A stretch of 64,000 bases of DNA from Candidatus Chisholmbacteria bacterium (GTDB lineage: Bacteria > Patescibacteriota > Microgenomatia > UBA1400 > Chisholmbacteraceae). The translations under genes were made by a program, and so were the position numbers. Shown piece by piece: positions 27,500 to 38,508 of the stretch. The DNA lies in NCBI GenBank assembly GCA_963704905.1, contig CAVPHZ010000001.1, forward strand, positions 1,089 to 65,088. The letters are read 5' to 3'. The notes beneath the pieces were generated by a model. The model was not told the DNA's origin. It worked only from the letters and a program-made list of their open reading frames with translations, and ran no database searches. The first letter of the stretch is position 1, and the number at the start of each line of letters is the position of its first letter.

Positions 27500-28340
27500 A
27501 TGTATATTGCAGTAGATGTTGGAGGCACGAGTACACGGATAGCTACATCTCGTGCTGGAAAAACTATTCATGATAAAGAGCGCTTTTCTACATCTCAGTC
27601 TTTCGAGATTGAAGTGAAGAGATTGTTCAAACAGTTAGAGAGCTTATTGGTCAGAATAAGTTAGATGGCGCTAGCGATTGGTGTTCCTGGAAGAATTGAT
27701 CATGATCGAATGTAGAGACTCTTTCGGTTCTCTAATTTACCTTCATGGAGTAATAAAGAAGTCTGTAAAATATTTCATAATGAACTCATGGCAAATATTC
27801 TACTCGCAAATGATGCTGAATTGGCAGCTTTAGGAGAAGCGACCATTGGTGCAGGAAAAAATCATCGAATTGTCGCATTTATCTACAGTAAGTACCGGGA
27901 TTGGAGGTTCACTTGTAATAGATAGGAAGCTTAGTCCCTGCTTGGACCAATACAGAACCAGGCACTATGTTTGTCTTCTTTGAAGAAGGGTCGGGTAATC
28001 AGATAACGAGCTGATTGGGAAGGACTATGGATCAGGACTAGCATTTGAAGAAACGCTATGGTAGTTTCTCCTGAAAAAAGTGCAATGATCCGATATATGT
28101 GGTAGAGCATGCTGCAAATTCTCGGACGGGGTGTAATTTCTGTTATACACGTGTGGTCTCCTGAAATTCTCGTTATTGGTGGAGGACTTTCACTAAAAGG
28201 AGAACTTCTTTTTGAACCGTTGAAAATTACGTTATGACCAATCTAACTTTGTTACCATCCACCCCAGCAGTAGTTCACGGAAAACTTGGTGATGATGCAG
28301 GGCTTTATGGTGGGTTTGCTCTTCTGAAGGAAAAAGAATA
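27500..28340 (+). pseudogene. ROK-family sugar kinase (glucokinase-like) broken by multiple frameshifts and stops
   Basis: MYIAVDVGGTSTRIA (ROK N-terminus), ALAIGVPGRIDHD, NDAELAALGEATIGAG and C-terminal GKLGDDAGLYGG are all present but in three different frames interrupted by stop codons. No ORF of 60 aa or more is in the track here. Confidence 0.6.
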
Positions 28341-28345
28341 AACAG

Positions 28346-30742
28346 CTACTTCTTTAAGGCTATTTTTAACACCTCATCCATGTGGGAAACGAAGTGGAAT
28401 TTGAGGTCATTTTTTACATGCTCGGGTATGTCCACTAAATCTTTTTTGTTGTTTTTAGGTAAGATTATCTCTTTCAAGCCTCCTCGGTGAGCGGCAATGA
28501 TTTTTTCCTTTAGTCCTCCAATTTCCAACACTCTTCCCCGAAGTGTAACTTCTCCGGTCATCCCTACCTCTCGTCTGGTTGGCTTTTTGGTGAGCGCTGA
28601 CACGAGTGCAGTGGTAATCGTCACTCCTGCAGAGGGACCGTCTTTGGGAACTGCTCCCTCAGGAACGTGTATGTGAACGTCAATTGACTTATGAAAACCC
28701 TGATTAAGCTTTAGCTCTTTCCATCTGCTTCGAACATAGGAGAGTGCGGCCTGACCTGATTCCTTCATGACTTCTCCGAGTTTTCCCGTGAGAATAAGTT
28801 TTCCTTTTCCTGGCATCAGTGCAACTTCAACGAAGAGAATGTCTCCACCCGCTTGGGTATATGCAAGTCCTGTGGCTAGTCCAATTTCATCTTTTTTCTC
28901 AGCCAGTGTCTCTGAGAATTTCTCTGGTCCGAGATAGTCGCTTAGGGTATCTTTTGTAATAGATACTTTTCCTTTTTTTCCTTCGGCAACTTTCCGAGCA
29001 ACTTTTCTGCTTACCTTAGAAAGTTCCCGTTCAAGATTGCGGACCCCAGCTTCTCGTGTATAGCGCTGAATGATCTTTCGTAGTATTGTTATTGGGATTA
29101 ATATCTGCTTCTGGTTCAAACCATTGGCTCCAAGCACTTTGTCGATAAGATGGCGTTTGGCGATATGAAATTTTTCATCTTCTGTATATCCGGAAAAACG
29201 AATGATTTCCAAGCGGTCTCTCAGCGCCGGGGGGATAGTATCTAAAACATTGGCTGTGGTAATAAAGGTCACTTCACTGAGATCAAACGGAACCTCAAGA
29301 TAGTGATCTGAAAATTCTTTATTTTGCTCTGGATCAAGAGCTTCCAGAAGAGCAGAGGATGGATCCCCACGGAAATCCGCTCCAACTTTGTCAATTTCAT
29401 CTAACATAAATACCGGATTTTTGCTTCCTGATGTGCGAATCCCTTGAATAATTCTTCCTGGCATAGCTCCTACATATGTTCTTCTGTGCCCACGAATTTC
29501 TGCTTCGTCACGTATTCCTCCAAGTGACATTTTAATGAATTTTCTCTCGAGCGCTCGCGCAATTGAACGGCCGATTGACGTTTTTCCCACACCAGGTGGA
29601 CCTACAAAACATAAAATCGTCGGAGTAATTCTATCGTCCACTGCTTCTCCGTTTGCTTCCTCTTGTTTTTTTGCTTTCTTTTGGGATAACGTTTCTTTAA
29701 TTTTCAAAACTGCAAGATACTCGATGATTCTCTCTTTCACATCCTTGAGTGCGTAGTGGTCATCATCGAGAACTTTTTGTGCTTTCTTGAGTGATACTTT
29801 ATTGGTTGTACGTTTGCTCCAAGGCATCTCGACCATGGTTTCAAGCCAGGTTCTAATGTAACCGGCCTCAGGATTGTGGGCAGACATTTGCGTCAGTCGT
29901 TTGAGCTCTTTCACAGCTTTTTCTCTAGCCGTTTTCGGCATTTTTGCATCGACGATCTTCCTCTTTAACTGTTTGGCTTCTTCGTCATCTTCTGTCTCGT
30001 CGCCGAGTTCTTTTTGAATGGTCTTCATTCTCTCTCTTAGCACTGCTTCACGCATGCTTTTATCGAACTTCTTTTGGGTTTTGCTGGCAATCTTTCGTTC
30101 AATTTCCAGAATTTTAATTTCGTGGTTGAGATGATCGAGCGTCTGTTCAAGCCGGTCTTTTACATTTACGAGTTCGAGCAAGTGCTGTTTTTCTTCGGTC
30201 TTAATATCAAGAGTCGAAGCGATTTGATCTGCTAACTCGCTCGGCTTCACCTCACCCATAAGCTTCATAAAGCTTAAGAATTCGACCGACTTGCCTAAAT
30301 TGACTGCTTTTTTGAACTCGTTTACCAAATGCTTCACGACTGCCTCAAGTTCGTGTGAATCTTCTATAATCTCAGGCATAGCCGCAACCTCTGCAAGCAT
30401 GTGCTCTCCATTATCAGAAATGCTTTGAATGCGGACCCTGTTTAACCCCTTCACGATAGCGTTTACTTCACCATTTGATTTCAAGGTTTTTTCAATGAGA
30501 CAAAGGGTTCCAATTTTATAGACATCTTCTGAAGTTGGGTCTGAAAGTGAAGCGTTGCGCTGCGTAACAAATACGATTTGCCTGTTTGTTTGGAAAGCAG
30601 TTTTTACCCCCGCAATTGATTTTTTCCGACCAAAGACAAGTACTTGTTCAGTATGAGGGAATACTACTCCTTCTCGAATTGCTACCAGTGGTAGTCGGAG
30701 TGTATCTTTCGAATCTGGTGGTTTATTGAGTATGACTGCCAT
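28346..30742 (-). CDS. lon: ATP-dependent protease Lon
   Basis: N-terminal LON domain, AAA+ Walker A GPPGVGKTS, and protease domain with catalytic PKDGPSAG. 798 aa. Confidence 0.95.
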   Translation of the reverse strand: MAVILNKPPDSKDTLRLPLVAIREGVVFPHTEQVLVFGRKKSIAGVKTAFQTNRQIVFVTQRNASLSDPTSEDVYKIGTLCLIEKTLKSNGEVNAIVKGLNRVRIQSISDNGEHMLAEVAAMPEIIEDSHELEAVVKHLVNEFKKAVNLGKSVEFLSFMKLMGEVKPSELADQIASTLDIKTEEKQHLLELVNVKDRLEQTLDHLNHEIKILEIERKIASKTQKKFDKSMREAVLRERMKTIQKELGDETEDDEEAKQLKRKIVDAKMPKTAREKAVKELKRLTQMSAHNPEAGYIRTWLETMVEMPWSKRTTNKVSLKKAQKVLDDDHYALKDVKERIIEYLAVLKIKETLSQKKAKKQEEANGEAVDDRITPTILCFVGPPGVGKTSIGRSIARALERKFIKMSLGGIRDEAEIRGHRRTYVGAMPGRIIQGIRTSGSKNPVFMLDEIDKVGADFRGDPSSALLEALDPEQNKEFSDHYLEVPFDLSEVTFITTANVLDTIPPALRDRLEIIRFSGYTEDEKFHIAKRHLIDKVLGANGLNQKQILIPITILRKIIQRYTREAGVRNLERELSKVSRKVARKVAEGKKGKVSITKDTLSDYLGPEKFSETLAEKKDEIGLATGLAYTQAGGDILFVEVALMPGKGKLILTGKLGEVMKESGQAALSYVRSRWKELKLNQGFHKSIDVHIHVPEGAVPKDGPSAGVTITTALVSALTKKPTRREVGMTGEVTLRGRVLEIGGLKEKIIAAHRGGLKEIILPKNNKKDLVDIPEHVKNDLKFHFVSHMDEVLKIALKK

Positions 30743-30880
30743 ATTTTGAACTCTAGCAGTATAATTTATAGAGTGCTAATTGTCAACCAATATTTTTTAT
30801 TATTTCTCCTCAAGAAGAATCGATTTATCCTAACATGCTCATGATTTATCTGCAAGAGAATGCATTCCTAGGAGAATTGC

Positions 30881-31345
30881 TTAGCGTCTCGATCTTGGTC
30901 TTATTTTATCTTTTGAGTCAATGATGATGGTTACCGGTCCGTCATTTACGAGCTCAACCTCCATATAATCACCAAATGAACCGGAGGAGACTTTGATGTC
31001 ATACTCTTTTAGCTCCTCAATAAACTGTTTATATAACTGGTTTGCTCTTTTGGGTTCTGCAGCGTCGATAAAGCTTGGCCTGTTTCCTTTTCTAGTACGT
31101 GCGTACAGGGTGAATTGAGATACTACAAGCACCTCACCACCTCCATCTATGAGAGTTTTGTTCATTAATCGATGTTCATCCTGCAATATACGAAGATTTG
31201 CTGTTTTTGTAGCTACATACTCTACGTCTTTCTTTGTATCCGAATGGGTCGCAGCAAACAAGACAAGGAACCCTTTTTTGATGGATGATTGCTTCTTTTC
31301 ACTTGTAACTGTAGCTCTAGATACTCTCTGAATGATCACCTTCAT
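30881..31345 (-). CDS. dtd: D-aminoacyl-tRNA deacylase
   Basis: MKVIIQRV start, SQFTLYA and NDGPVT motifs of the Dtd fold. Confidence 0.9.
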   Translation of the reverse strand: MKVIIQRVSRATVTSEKKQSSIKKGFLVLFAATHSDTKKDVEYVATKTANLRILQDEHRLMNKTLIDGGGEVLVVSQFTLYARTRKGNRPSFIDAAEPKRANQLYKQFIEELKEYDIKVSSGSFGDYMEVELVNDGPVTIIIDSKDKIRPRSRR

Positions 31346-31468
31346 AGTGACTTTGACTCATAAAAATTATAGGCAGTTGATTATACCTCTCGATCATAGT
31401 GTTGTATGTATCAACTATCACAGTTGAAAACGTTGCATCAGACTCATTTTTTCTCTACCATATAGTAT

Positions 31469-32062
31469 ATGGCCTCGCAAAACATTCAGGACTCAATTAC
31501 TGAAAGATACCAACAAATTCAAGCGCTTTCCCCTTCTGATGAAACTGCAGATTTTGGTAATGAACCTTCTGTGCCAATTTCGACATTTTTAAGTTTATCA
31601 TTGTTTATATTTTTCTTTGTGGTCATCTTTTTAGGATTTCTTCCGCTCGTGCTTGAACGATTTCGAGACTTTAAACGATTTCAGATGGCATTGTTGCTGG
31701 CTTTTGTTGGTGCAGCTCTACCGCTTACAATGGGTCTGTTGTTTCAGAGAAGCGGTCTGTTGACAAGAGCATCCGTGGACGAAATGCCGCAGAATATACA
31801 GGTTTCCGTTGCTGATGATTCATTTCTTGTGCGCTGGGAGACACCTGGAGAGCAATTTGGTGCACTCCATTATGGTTTGCAGCCTTACTCATCGGCGCTC
31901 ACGGCCAATGTTTTGGAAATCGATGGTTTGGAAAAGTCTACTGATCATGAAGTTGTTGTAGAAGGACTTGAACCAAGTACGGATTACTACTTCGAAATTC
32001 TCTCAGGAGCACGGTGGTATAACAACCAAGGTGTTCTTCTGCATGTTATGACTTCTCCGTAA
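31469..32062 (+). CDS. membrane-anchored protein with a fibronectin type III-like domain
   Basis: TM helix, then FLVRWETPGEQ...LEPSTDYYFEI, which resembles the FN3-like N-domain of purple acid phosphatases. Confidence 0.4.
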   Translation: MASQNIQDSITERYQQIQALSPSDETADFGNEPSVPISTFLSLSLFIFFFVVIFLGFLPLVLERFRDFKRFQMALLLAFVGAALPLTMGLLFQRSGLLTRASVDEMPQNIQVSVADDSFLVRWETPGEQFGALHYGLQPYSSALTANVLEIDGLEKSTDHEVVVEGLEPSTDYYFEILSGARWYNNQGVLLHVMTSP

Positions 32063-32069
32063 GAGATGT

Positions 32070-33356
32070 TCAACGGGCAAAGATAACTGCATTAGGAAGG
32101 CTCCTGCCAGGTCCCGCAAGATATCTGCCGTTGTAGTATAAGGCTGAAGATCCTCCACCATCTAAATTCATCGCGTGATCAACGCCAAGACTCATAAATA
32201 TTTCAGCAAGATCGGGCACAGAAGCACCTCGAGCTACCACAAGGTATGCTACCTTTCCTTTAATCCCTAACCCAGAGCGTGTTGATCTTGTCACTTTAAG
32301 GTAATCATTTAAAGAATCGCCATTACCTAACACGTTCTGCCCTCCTGAGACCAAAGCTGGATAATTCACTATTGCTGCCTTTAGATCACCAACACCCCCA
32401 AATGAGTTTGCGTCTTTAAAAAAGTACGGGTTTGATCCACCGTCAAATGCTATCATGGTTCTCCCATTCCAGAATAATGTTGTTCCGTTTATCCATCGAC
32501 TTTGCCTGGTGTTGAATAATCCGAAATCAAACGAGTTCACCTTCCCCGCACAAGTTGAGTAATCCTGAGGGCAAAAATAGGTACCATTGATACCTGCAAA
32601 CCCACCACTTTCCGCAATATATTGTGCAAGTGATTTGGTAGGACAATTATCAGAACAGTCATTTTCGTTGGCTGAATCAGTTATCACACGAACTCCATTG
32701 AGGTCAATTTTGACAAGATCGATGAGAAAAGACCCTTTGCTTGTCGATACTGAGATTCGTCCAGACCCTAGACCTGGTACAGATGTTGGGAGTTGGGCTG
32801 CCTGTGCTGCATGCTGTTTTGCTTCTTGCTCAGCAATAGAGGCAAGTCTGTCTTCAAGTAGTTTTTCTAGAAGTACGTTGATTTCGTTCAAGGTTGATCT
32901 TGCCTCCTCGTAGTTTCTTCCGAATATTTTTTCTAGAGCGTTTCCAAGTTTTTGCTCAGGTTCTTTGATATCGATACCTTGGCTTTCATAGTCAATCAAT
33001 TTCTGTTGACTAAACAGGTATGCGTCAATTGTTTCTTCAATTTCTTCTAACTTCTCTTGAGGTTCACTGTTTTGGAGTTTTGATAATTCTACTGCGATAG
33101 ACTCATTTGCCGTTCTTTCGCCTGTAATCACTGACTCAAGTTGTTTAACTTCATCTTCAAGTGATCGAGTGAACTGAGTACTTTGATTTCTTACCTGAAT
33201 TATTTCAGCAATTAACCCACCGACCATTACTAGGAGGAGAAGAATTACAATCGCATGTGTTCGGTTTGAGGGGATTTTTGATTTTAGTTTCGCAATTTGA
33301 AGTTTTTTACCCGTTACGCCCGCAAAAATATTTTTTAGTCTATCGACTGCAGGCAT
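32070..33356 (-). CDS. membrane-anchored coiled-coil protein with a C-terminal phosphodiester glycosidase (NAGPA-like) domain
   Basis: N-terminal TM and coiled coil. C-terminus has GINGTYFCP and HAMNLDGGGSSALY, typical of the phosphodiester glycosidase family. Confidence 0.65.
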   Translation of the reverse strand: MPAVDRLKNIFAGVTGKKLQIAKLKSKIPSNRTHAIVILLLLVMVGGLIAEIIQVRNQSTQFTRSLEDEVKQLESVITGERTANESIAVELSKLQNSEPQEKLEEIEETIDAYLFSQQKLIDYESQGIDIKEPEQKLGNALEKIFGRNYEEARSTLNEINVLLEKLLEDRLASIAEQEAKQHAAQAAQLPTSVPGLGSGRISVSTSKGSFLIDLVKIDLNGVRVITDSANENDCSDNCPTKSLAQYIAESGGFAGINGTYFCPQDYSTCAGKVNSFDFGLFNTRQSRWINGTTLFWNGRTMIAFDGGSNPYFFKDANSFGGVGDLKAAIVNYPALVSGGQNVLGNGDSLNDYLKVTRSTRSGLGIKGKVAYLVVARGASVPDLAEIFMSLGVDHAMNLDGGGSSALYYNGRYLAGPGRSLPNAVIFAR

Positions 33357-33395
33357 AGTAGTCTCGCTTCGCTATTACTACAAAATCAAGTTGAT

Positions 33396-33764
33396 TTATG
33401 CCTTGATCTTGCTCATTGCTTCTTTTACAAGCTCTTCCGGTGTGTATTCTTGCTTGCTTAAAAATGCAGCCGCACCAAGTTCAAGAGCTTTTTTTGGATT
33501 TTCACCTTGATCGTAATTACTCATCACAACAACAGGTGTATCGGTCATTTCTTCATCTTCTTTCAATTCCTTGAGCACTGTCAGGCCAATTTTCTCAGGC
33601 AAGATGACATCCATTAAAATGAGGTCAGGTTTCTCTTGCTTGGCAAGCTCAAGTCCTTTTTTGCCATCATTTGCTATATGCACTTTTGCACCGAGCAGCT
33701 CGAGCTCAGTTGTATATAAGTTGACAAGATTCTTGTCGTCCTCAATAAGTACTACTTTTACCAT
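33396..33764 (-). CDS. single-domain response regulator (CheY-like receiver)
   Basis: VLIEDDKNL..DLILMDVILP..PVVVMSN with receiver-domain Asp residues. Confidence 0.85.
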   Translation of the reverse strand: MVKVVLIEDDKNLVNLYTTELELLGAKVHIANDGKKGLELAKQEKPDLILMDVILPEKIGLTVLKELKEDEEMTDTPVVVMSNYDQGENPKKALELGAAAFLSKQEYTPEELVKEAMSKIKA

Positions 33765-33815
33765 AACTAACTCCTTCTGATGAAGCGTAGCATACTCATC
33801 AATTCTCTTTCAAGG

Positions 33816-35468
33816 TTATTTCTTCAGTGGAAGTGTAAATGAAAAGGTCGATCCTTTACCCTCTTGAGATTCAACCCAGATTTTTCCCCCATGTGCCTCG
33901 ATGATACCTTTGGCAACCACCAATCCTAGTCCTGTCCCCTCTGCAGTTCGTGGTTTATTGGTGGTGAGCTGAGCAAATTTGGAAAACAATCTGCTTTGCT
34001 CTTCGGATTTCATGCCATTACCTGTGTCTTTTATTGAGATGGTGGCTTCGTTCTCATTTTTAGAAAGTTTTATTGTGATACTTCCCTTTTCTGTAAATTT
34101 AATTGCATTACTTAATAAATTCGTTAACACTTGACCAATACGAGATGGATCAAAGATTCCTTTTACCTTCTCTGCTTCAATTTCTGTTGTTATTTTGAGA
34201 TTCTTCTCCTCTGTAAGTGGTGTAAATTCGCTGACTTTAAGTTCGATGAGTTTCACGATGTCAGCCTCAGTTTTGTCTATCTGCATTTTTTCTGCTTCAA
34301 TTTTTGCAACATCGAGTAAGTCATTCACAATGGCGAGCATGTTCTCGCTGCTATTTTTTATCATGGTGAGGTATTCATTTTTCTTTTCTTCTGGAAAACC
34401 TTCCTTATGTGACATAATTGCGCTGCTTGCACCTTTGACTGCGGTCAGAGGAGCGCGAAGCTCATGAACCATCATTGCTATAAAATCCTCACGAAGACGT
34501 TCAAGTTCTTTTTCTTTTGATATGTCATGAAAAACCATTACCACACCGATGAGTTTCTCTCGCTTATCGCTCACTGGTGAAATGAGGACCCGTACTGCAG
34601 TGTCGCTGAGTACGAGTTCCTCGATAATTTTCGACTCTTGGGATTTCAGTACTTCATCGACTTCTCTAGGAACATTTAATTTTCCTCCAAGGACATCGAC
34701 CAAGTCATAGAGCGTTGGATCTTCATCTTTAATGCCGAGCAAATATATGGCAGCGGGATTAATCAACTGGAGCTCTGATTCACGATCGATCATAATCACA
34801 CCGTCCGGCATAGAGTGAAGCATGGACGACATTTTGCCTTGCTCTATTTCTAAAACGTGTCTGAGTTTTGAAACTGCGGTTGACGCCTGATTGACGATAC
34901 GATAAAGAATTGTGGTTTCTCCCACTTGATACTTCCCTGGAATTTTTGAAGCGATATTCATGAGTCCTGCCAGTTTGTCATTGATTACAACTGGAATGTT
35001 GAAGTACGATCCGATTTCTTGTTCAACTTGGTCATCGACAAAGGTTCCGGTGGTGATTTCTTCGATAGGATTTTGTCGAACTTGATACCCTAATGCTTCG
35101 ACAGAGGCAAACATGCTTTCTCTCATCGTGTCAATGAATTTTTGATTCACGGATTCTTTCAGATGGATTTTTAAAACACTTTTATCTTTATTGAGAAGGA
35201 TTGAACTTACAGTTGAATATGAGAAAAGTCTCCCTATTGAACTGGTGATGACGTCAATTATTTTCTCCTCATTTAATTCATAGCCAAATCTCTCTCCGAG
35301 TTCTCGCAGTATTTCTGCTTCATATGCCTCTTTTTTGAGTTCACCTTCACGAGCACGTAATTTTTGTTTTGCGATTTTTTCTTTTTGTATTGACTGTGAA
35401 ATGAGAAAACCACCTCCAGCGAGGATGAGCGGAAAAAGTATTGCGGCGAGGAGAATGGGCAGTTCCAT
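33816..35468 (-). CDS. sensor histidine kinase (TM anchor, sensory region, HisKA, HATPase)
   Basis: H-box [13 protein letters not shown]-box [10 protein letters not shown]-boxes DTGNGM and [18 protein letters not shown]. Confidence 0.9.
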   Translation of the reverse strand: MELPILLAAILFPLILAGGGFLISQSIQKEKIAKQKLRAREGELKKEAYEAEILRELGERFGYELNEEKIIDVITSSIGRLFSYSTVSSILLNKDKSVLKIHLKESVNQKFIDTMRESMFASVEALGYQVRQNPIEEITTGTFVDDQVEQEIGSYFNIPVVINDKLAGLMNIASKIPGKYQVGETTILYRIVNQASTAVSKLRHVLEIEQGKMSSMLHSMPDGVIMIDRESELQLINPAAIYLLGIKDEDPTLYDLVDVLGGKLNVPREVDEVLKSQESKIIEELVLSDTAVRVLISPVSDKREKLIGVVMVFHDISKEKELERLREDFIAMMVHELRAPLTAVKGASSAIMSHKEGFPEEKKNEYLTMIKNSSENMLAIVNDLLDVAKIEAEKMQIDKTEADIVKLIELKVSEFTPLTEEKNLKITTEIEAEKVKGIFDPSRIGQVLTNLLSNAIKFTEKGSITIKLSKNENEATISIKDTGNGMKSEEQSRLFSKFAQLTTNKPRTAEGTGLGLVVAKGIIEAHGGKIWVESQEGKGSTFSFTLPLKK

Positions 35469-35485
35469 GATTATAAATTACACAT

Positions 35486-35782
35486 TTATTGAAGTACGCG
35501 CTTTTGAATGTCGCTTAAGAAATTCGGATAATATCGACTGATAGCTGTGAAATCAAATTCCTTGAGAAGATCTTCTTTTGGTTCTTGCTCTAGTAAAAAT
35601 TCGAACGACTTTTTGAGTAGTACTTCAGGCTTAATATGACCTTTCGTCAAGCGAATATGATCGGTTCTATTCAAACTTACCTTGTGCTCGGTTTGAGAGT
35701 TATTATTTTTCACGATCACCTGAAACACCATTACTTGGTTTTCAGCTATTTTTGTAACGATAATTTCTAATCCAGTTCCCAT
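35486..35782 (-). CDS. hypothetical protein
   Basis: 98-aa ORF 17 nt upstream of the kinase gene on the same strand. Confidence 0.3.
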   Translation of the reverse strand: MGTGLEIIVTKIAENQVMVFQVIVKNNNSQTEHKVSLNRTDHIRLTKGHIKPEVLLKKSFEFLLEQEPKEDLLKEFDFTAISRYYPNFLSDIQKRVLQ

Positions 35783-35822
35783 GCACTTAAGTATCGCACA
35801 CCTGCATTCGTAATGGCAATGG

Positions 35823-36704
35823 ATGCCATGGTGTATGATAAATCACGATATGAATACAGCAGAGCCTTATAAAGCAGGAAAAGTAGCCATTGTCGGTAGG
35901 CCAAATGTGGGAAAATCGACACTCCTTAACGCCCTGGTTTTACATAAAGTGGCTATCGTTTCCCCAAAACCACAAACTACTCGATCTCAGATTGTAGCTC
36001 ATTTGGAAGAGGAGCGAGGACAACTATTTTTTTTAGATACACCTGGCTATTATTCAACCCGGTCAGGAGCTACACATTTCAATGCACTTGTTTCCCATAC
36101 GATAGAAGAGGCGGATGTGGTTATCTATGTTGTGGATCATACTCGAGACTGGGGTCAAGAAGAGGAAAAGATTTGGAACATGATTCAAGCTAGTGAAAAG
36201 CCGGTTATTCTGGCAATTAATAAGACTGATATTACCTCCCCGACATATAAAGATTCCTATATTGCACTTCTTAAACCTCATGTTCAGGAAGTTGTGGAAG
36301 TTTCTGCGCAGCGAGAAACACATATCAAATCACTTATCAACCTTCTGTTTACATACTTACCTCTAGGAGAGCGGGATGATTCTGTTGATTATTTTCCAAC
36401 GCCCTTGCTCTCTCAGGATAGTAAAGAATACCTCGCTGAGTTAGTTCGGGAGAAGATCTATCAGCTTACTGGACAAGAAGTTCCATACCAAACGAGCGTA
36501 CGCATAGAATCGGTCGAAGAAGATGATGAGAAAAATACTTTACTTGTTAAAGGAAAAATTCTCGTTTCTGATAAACGATATAAACCAATGTTAATTGGCA
36601 AACAAGGTAGAAAGATTAACGAAATAAAAAGTGCGGTTCGAAAAGAACTCCATGTTGCAACTGGAAAGTCTATATCTGTATCTCTCCAGGTAGATGTTGA
36701 GTAA
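35823..36704 (+). CDS. era: GTPase Era
   Basis: G1 GRPNVGKST, G3 DTPG, G4 NKTD, and a C-terminal KH domain. The true start may be the internal Met (MNTAEPYKAGKVAIVG). Confidence 0.9.
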   Translation: MPWCMINHDMNTAEPYKAGKVAIVGRPNVGKSTLLNALVLHKVAIVSPKPQTTRSQIVAHLEEERGQLFFLDTPGYYSTRSGATHFNALVSHTIEEADVVIYVVDHTRDWGQEEEKIWNMIQASEKPVILAINKTDITSPTYKDSYIALLKPHVQEVVEVSAQRETHIKSLINLLFTYLPLGERDDSVDYFPTPLLSQDSKEYLAELVREKIYQLTGQEVPYQTSVRIESVEEDDEKNTLLVKGKILVSDKRYKPMLIGKQGRKINEIKSAVRKELHVATGKSISVSLQVDVE

Positions 36705-36934
36705 GAGTCAACGACAGTTATTTATTTCAATTTCCGGTACTTGTCTTAAAGCTCTCTTGTATTCAGATTCTATTTGAACTTTATTAGTGGAACTGGGAGT
36801 ACGCAAGGAATCAACCCTAAGGACATTTGAAAAGAGCGTAATAGAAAATTGATAGAATGCTATTATCAATATTATAAATAGTAATACTTGTACCCCGCCG
36901 TTGTTTTCATTATCAGCAGGGCTTTCTGCAATTC

Positions 36935-37513
36935 TTATATGTTATTCGTATTTTCTAAAATCTCATCGAGATCTCCGCCATTCCATTTTTGAATTTCGTT
37001 TCCCTGCGCATCAACTTGCACAAAGGTATGTTGGCTTACAATGCCGTATTTTTTCTTGAGTGTTGATTCTTTATCATAATCAGTCTTGAGAATAGTAAGA
37101 CCTGCTGGGATTTCATCGAGACGACTTGTAATGTCTTGCTCGGCTGCTCGGCAAAACGGACACCAGGTCGCGTGGAAAAAGAGAACGGCCGTACCATTAT
37201 TAGCTGTGGCCTGCGTAAGATTTTCCTGCGAGTATTTGACATATTCACCTGCTGAACCACTTTTCATCATCGCATCGCCATTCGTATCCATAGCGTTGTC
37301 TTCATGATCACCTGATGTTGCGTCTCCATTTGGGGTTTGTGCCATTTTACTGTCACTGCCATTTTCAGTACTTGTGCTTGGTTGTGATGTGCTCGTTAAC
37401 GTCTGTGTGTCCGAGGCTGTTTTTGACGCATTCAGCACAAATATTCCACCGATACCAAGAACTGCAACAAGACCAATGACTATTAATACACCTTTATTCA
37501 TAATTCTACTCAC
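36935..37513 (-). CDS. membrane-anchored thioredoxin-family protein
   Basis: Signal/TM helix and Ser/Thr-rich linker, then LFFHATWCPFCRAAEQD (CxxC). Confidence 0.7.
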   Translation of the reverse strand: MSRIMNKGVLIVIGLVAVLGIGGIFVLNASKTASDTQTLTSTSQPSTSTENGSDSKMAQTPNGDATSGDHEDNAMDTNGDAMMKSGSAGEYVKYSQENLTQATANNGTAVLFFHATWCPFCRAAEQDITSRLDEIPAGLTILKTDYDKESTLKKKYGIVSQHTFVQVDAQGNEIQKWNGGDLDEILENTNNI

Positions 37514-37716
37514 CTCCTTTCGAAAATTTGTTCAATTATTCTTCTTAATATTCGCATTGTACTTTTTTTTGCAGCGGAATATTGTGCCATAGATGACATC
37601 TTTACGTATTCATAGTTTTGAGTTAGAAGTATCTCACGTACCTTCAAATCCAGTGGAGCAATTTCCTGTTTTTTTCTTCAAATCTGGTATGTTTAGATTA
37701 TAGGGAAGGAATATCG

Positions 37717-38040
37717 ATGACACCAATTTATGCACAATCAGTTAATGTTGATAAGCCTATTGGCTTTCAAATCACTGATATTGGTACGCTCGTAAGCGGA
37801 ACGATTGGTGTCGCTTTTTTAATCACTGGAATCATCATTTTTGGATTTATTGTCTTCGGCGGCATACTCATGATCACTTCGTCAGGAGATAAGACTCAAA
37901 CCGAACGGGGAAGAAATGCAATCTCTGGAGCTTTGGTTGGATTAGGTATCGTTGCAGCTGCGTGGGCGATCATGTTGTTGGTTAATTACTTCTTTGGCGT
38001 GAATTTTACCGGCTCGCTTTCGCTTCCGACGTTTTACTAA
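37717..38040 (+). CDS. small two-TM pilin-like protein (CPR-type T4SS pilin-like family)
   Basis: GIIIFGFIVFGGILMITSSGDKTQTERGRNAISGALVGLGIVAAAWAIMLLVNYF matches the G-G-I-x-x-I-T-S-x-G...A...I...A-W-A-I pattern of TrbC/VirB2-like pilins common in Patescibacteria. Confidence 0.45.
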   Translation: MTPIYAQSVNVDKPIGFQITDIGTLVSGTIGVAFLITGIIIFGFIVFGGILMITSSGDKTQTERGRNAISGALVGLGIVAAAWAIMLLVNYFFGVNFTGSLSLPTFY

Positions 38041-38367
38041 CTTCCCAGGAGAATATCACTCATATCTGCTGTCATGTCTGCAAGACGCGCCAATTCAGAT
38101 GGCGTCATTTCACGGACTTCATCAACAGTTAGTCCACATAATAATGCATCAGATTGCTCCCAGACGGTTAATTTCCTATGCCCAATTGGCGCTTCTGGCT
38201 CTTGCGAAGGGACGTTTGGTTGCAATTCTGATAATGCCATGATCATAAAATACATGGTTGTCTCGATTTTTTCAAGAGAATGCAGTATATCTGGTAAAAT
38301 AATTCAGCTGACGCTATTGCCGGGTGTTTACACTGAACAATGTGAACACATTTTATAAAGCATGTAA

Positions 38368-38441
38368 TGCCGGGTGGTGAAATGGTATCACGGCTGGCTC
38401 TGAACCAGTTATTCTAGGTTCGAATCCTAGCCCGGCAGCCA
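38368..38441 (+). tRNA. tRNA-Gln (anticodon CTG)
   Basis: Manual fold: acceptor stem TGCCGGG/CCCGGCA with the U1-A72 pair typical of bacterial tRNA-Gln, D-arm GTGA-AATGGTA-TCAC, anticodon arm GCTGG-CTCTGAA-CCAGT with anticodon CTG, T-arm CTAGG-TTCGAAT-CCTAG, discriminator G, encoded CCA. Confidence 0.85.
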
Positions 38442-38508
38442 AATCGCGAACTCGGATTCGAACCTTCGTATTTCCATAATTGAAAAAGTATAAATTAAAG
38501 CATAATAT

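Noticed and set aside
38441-38480. Possible second tRNA on the minus strand right after tRNA-Gln (GGATTCGAACC)
   Set aside because: Only a T-loop-like 11-mer is present. Flanking sequence does not form T, anticodon or acceptor stems.
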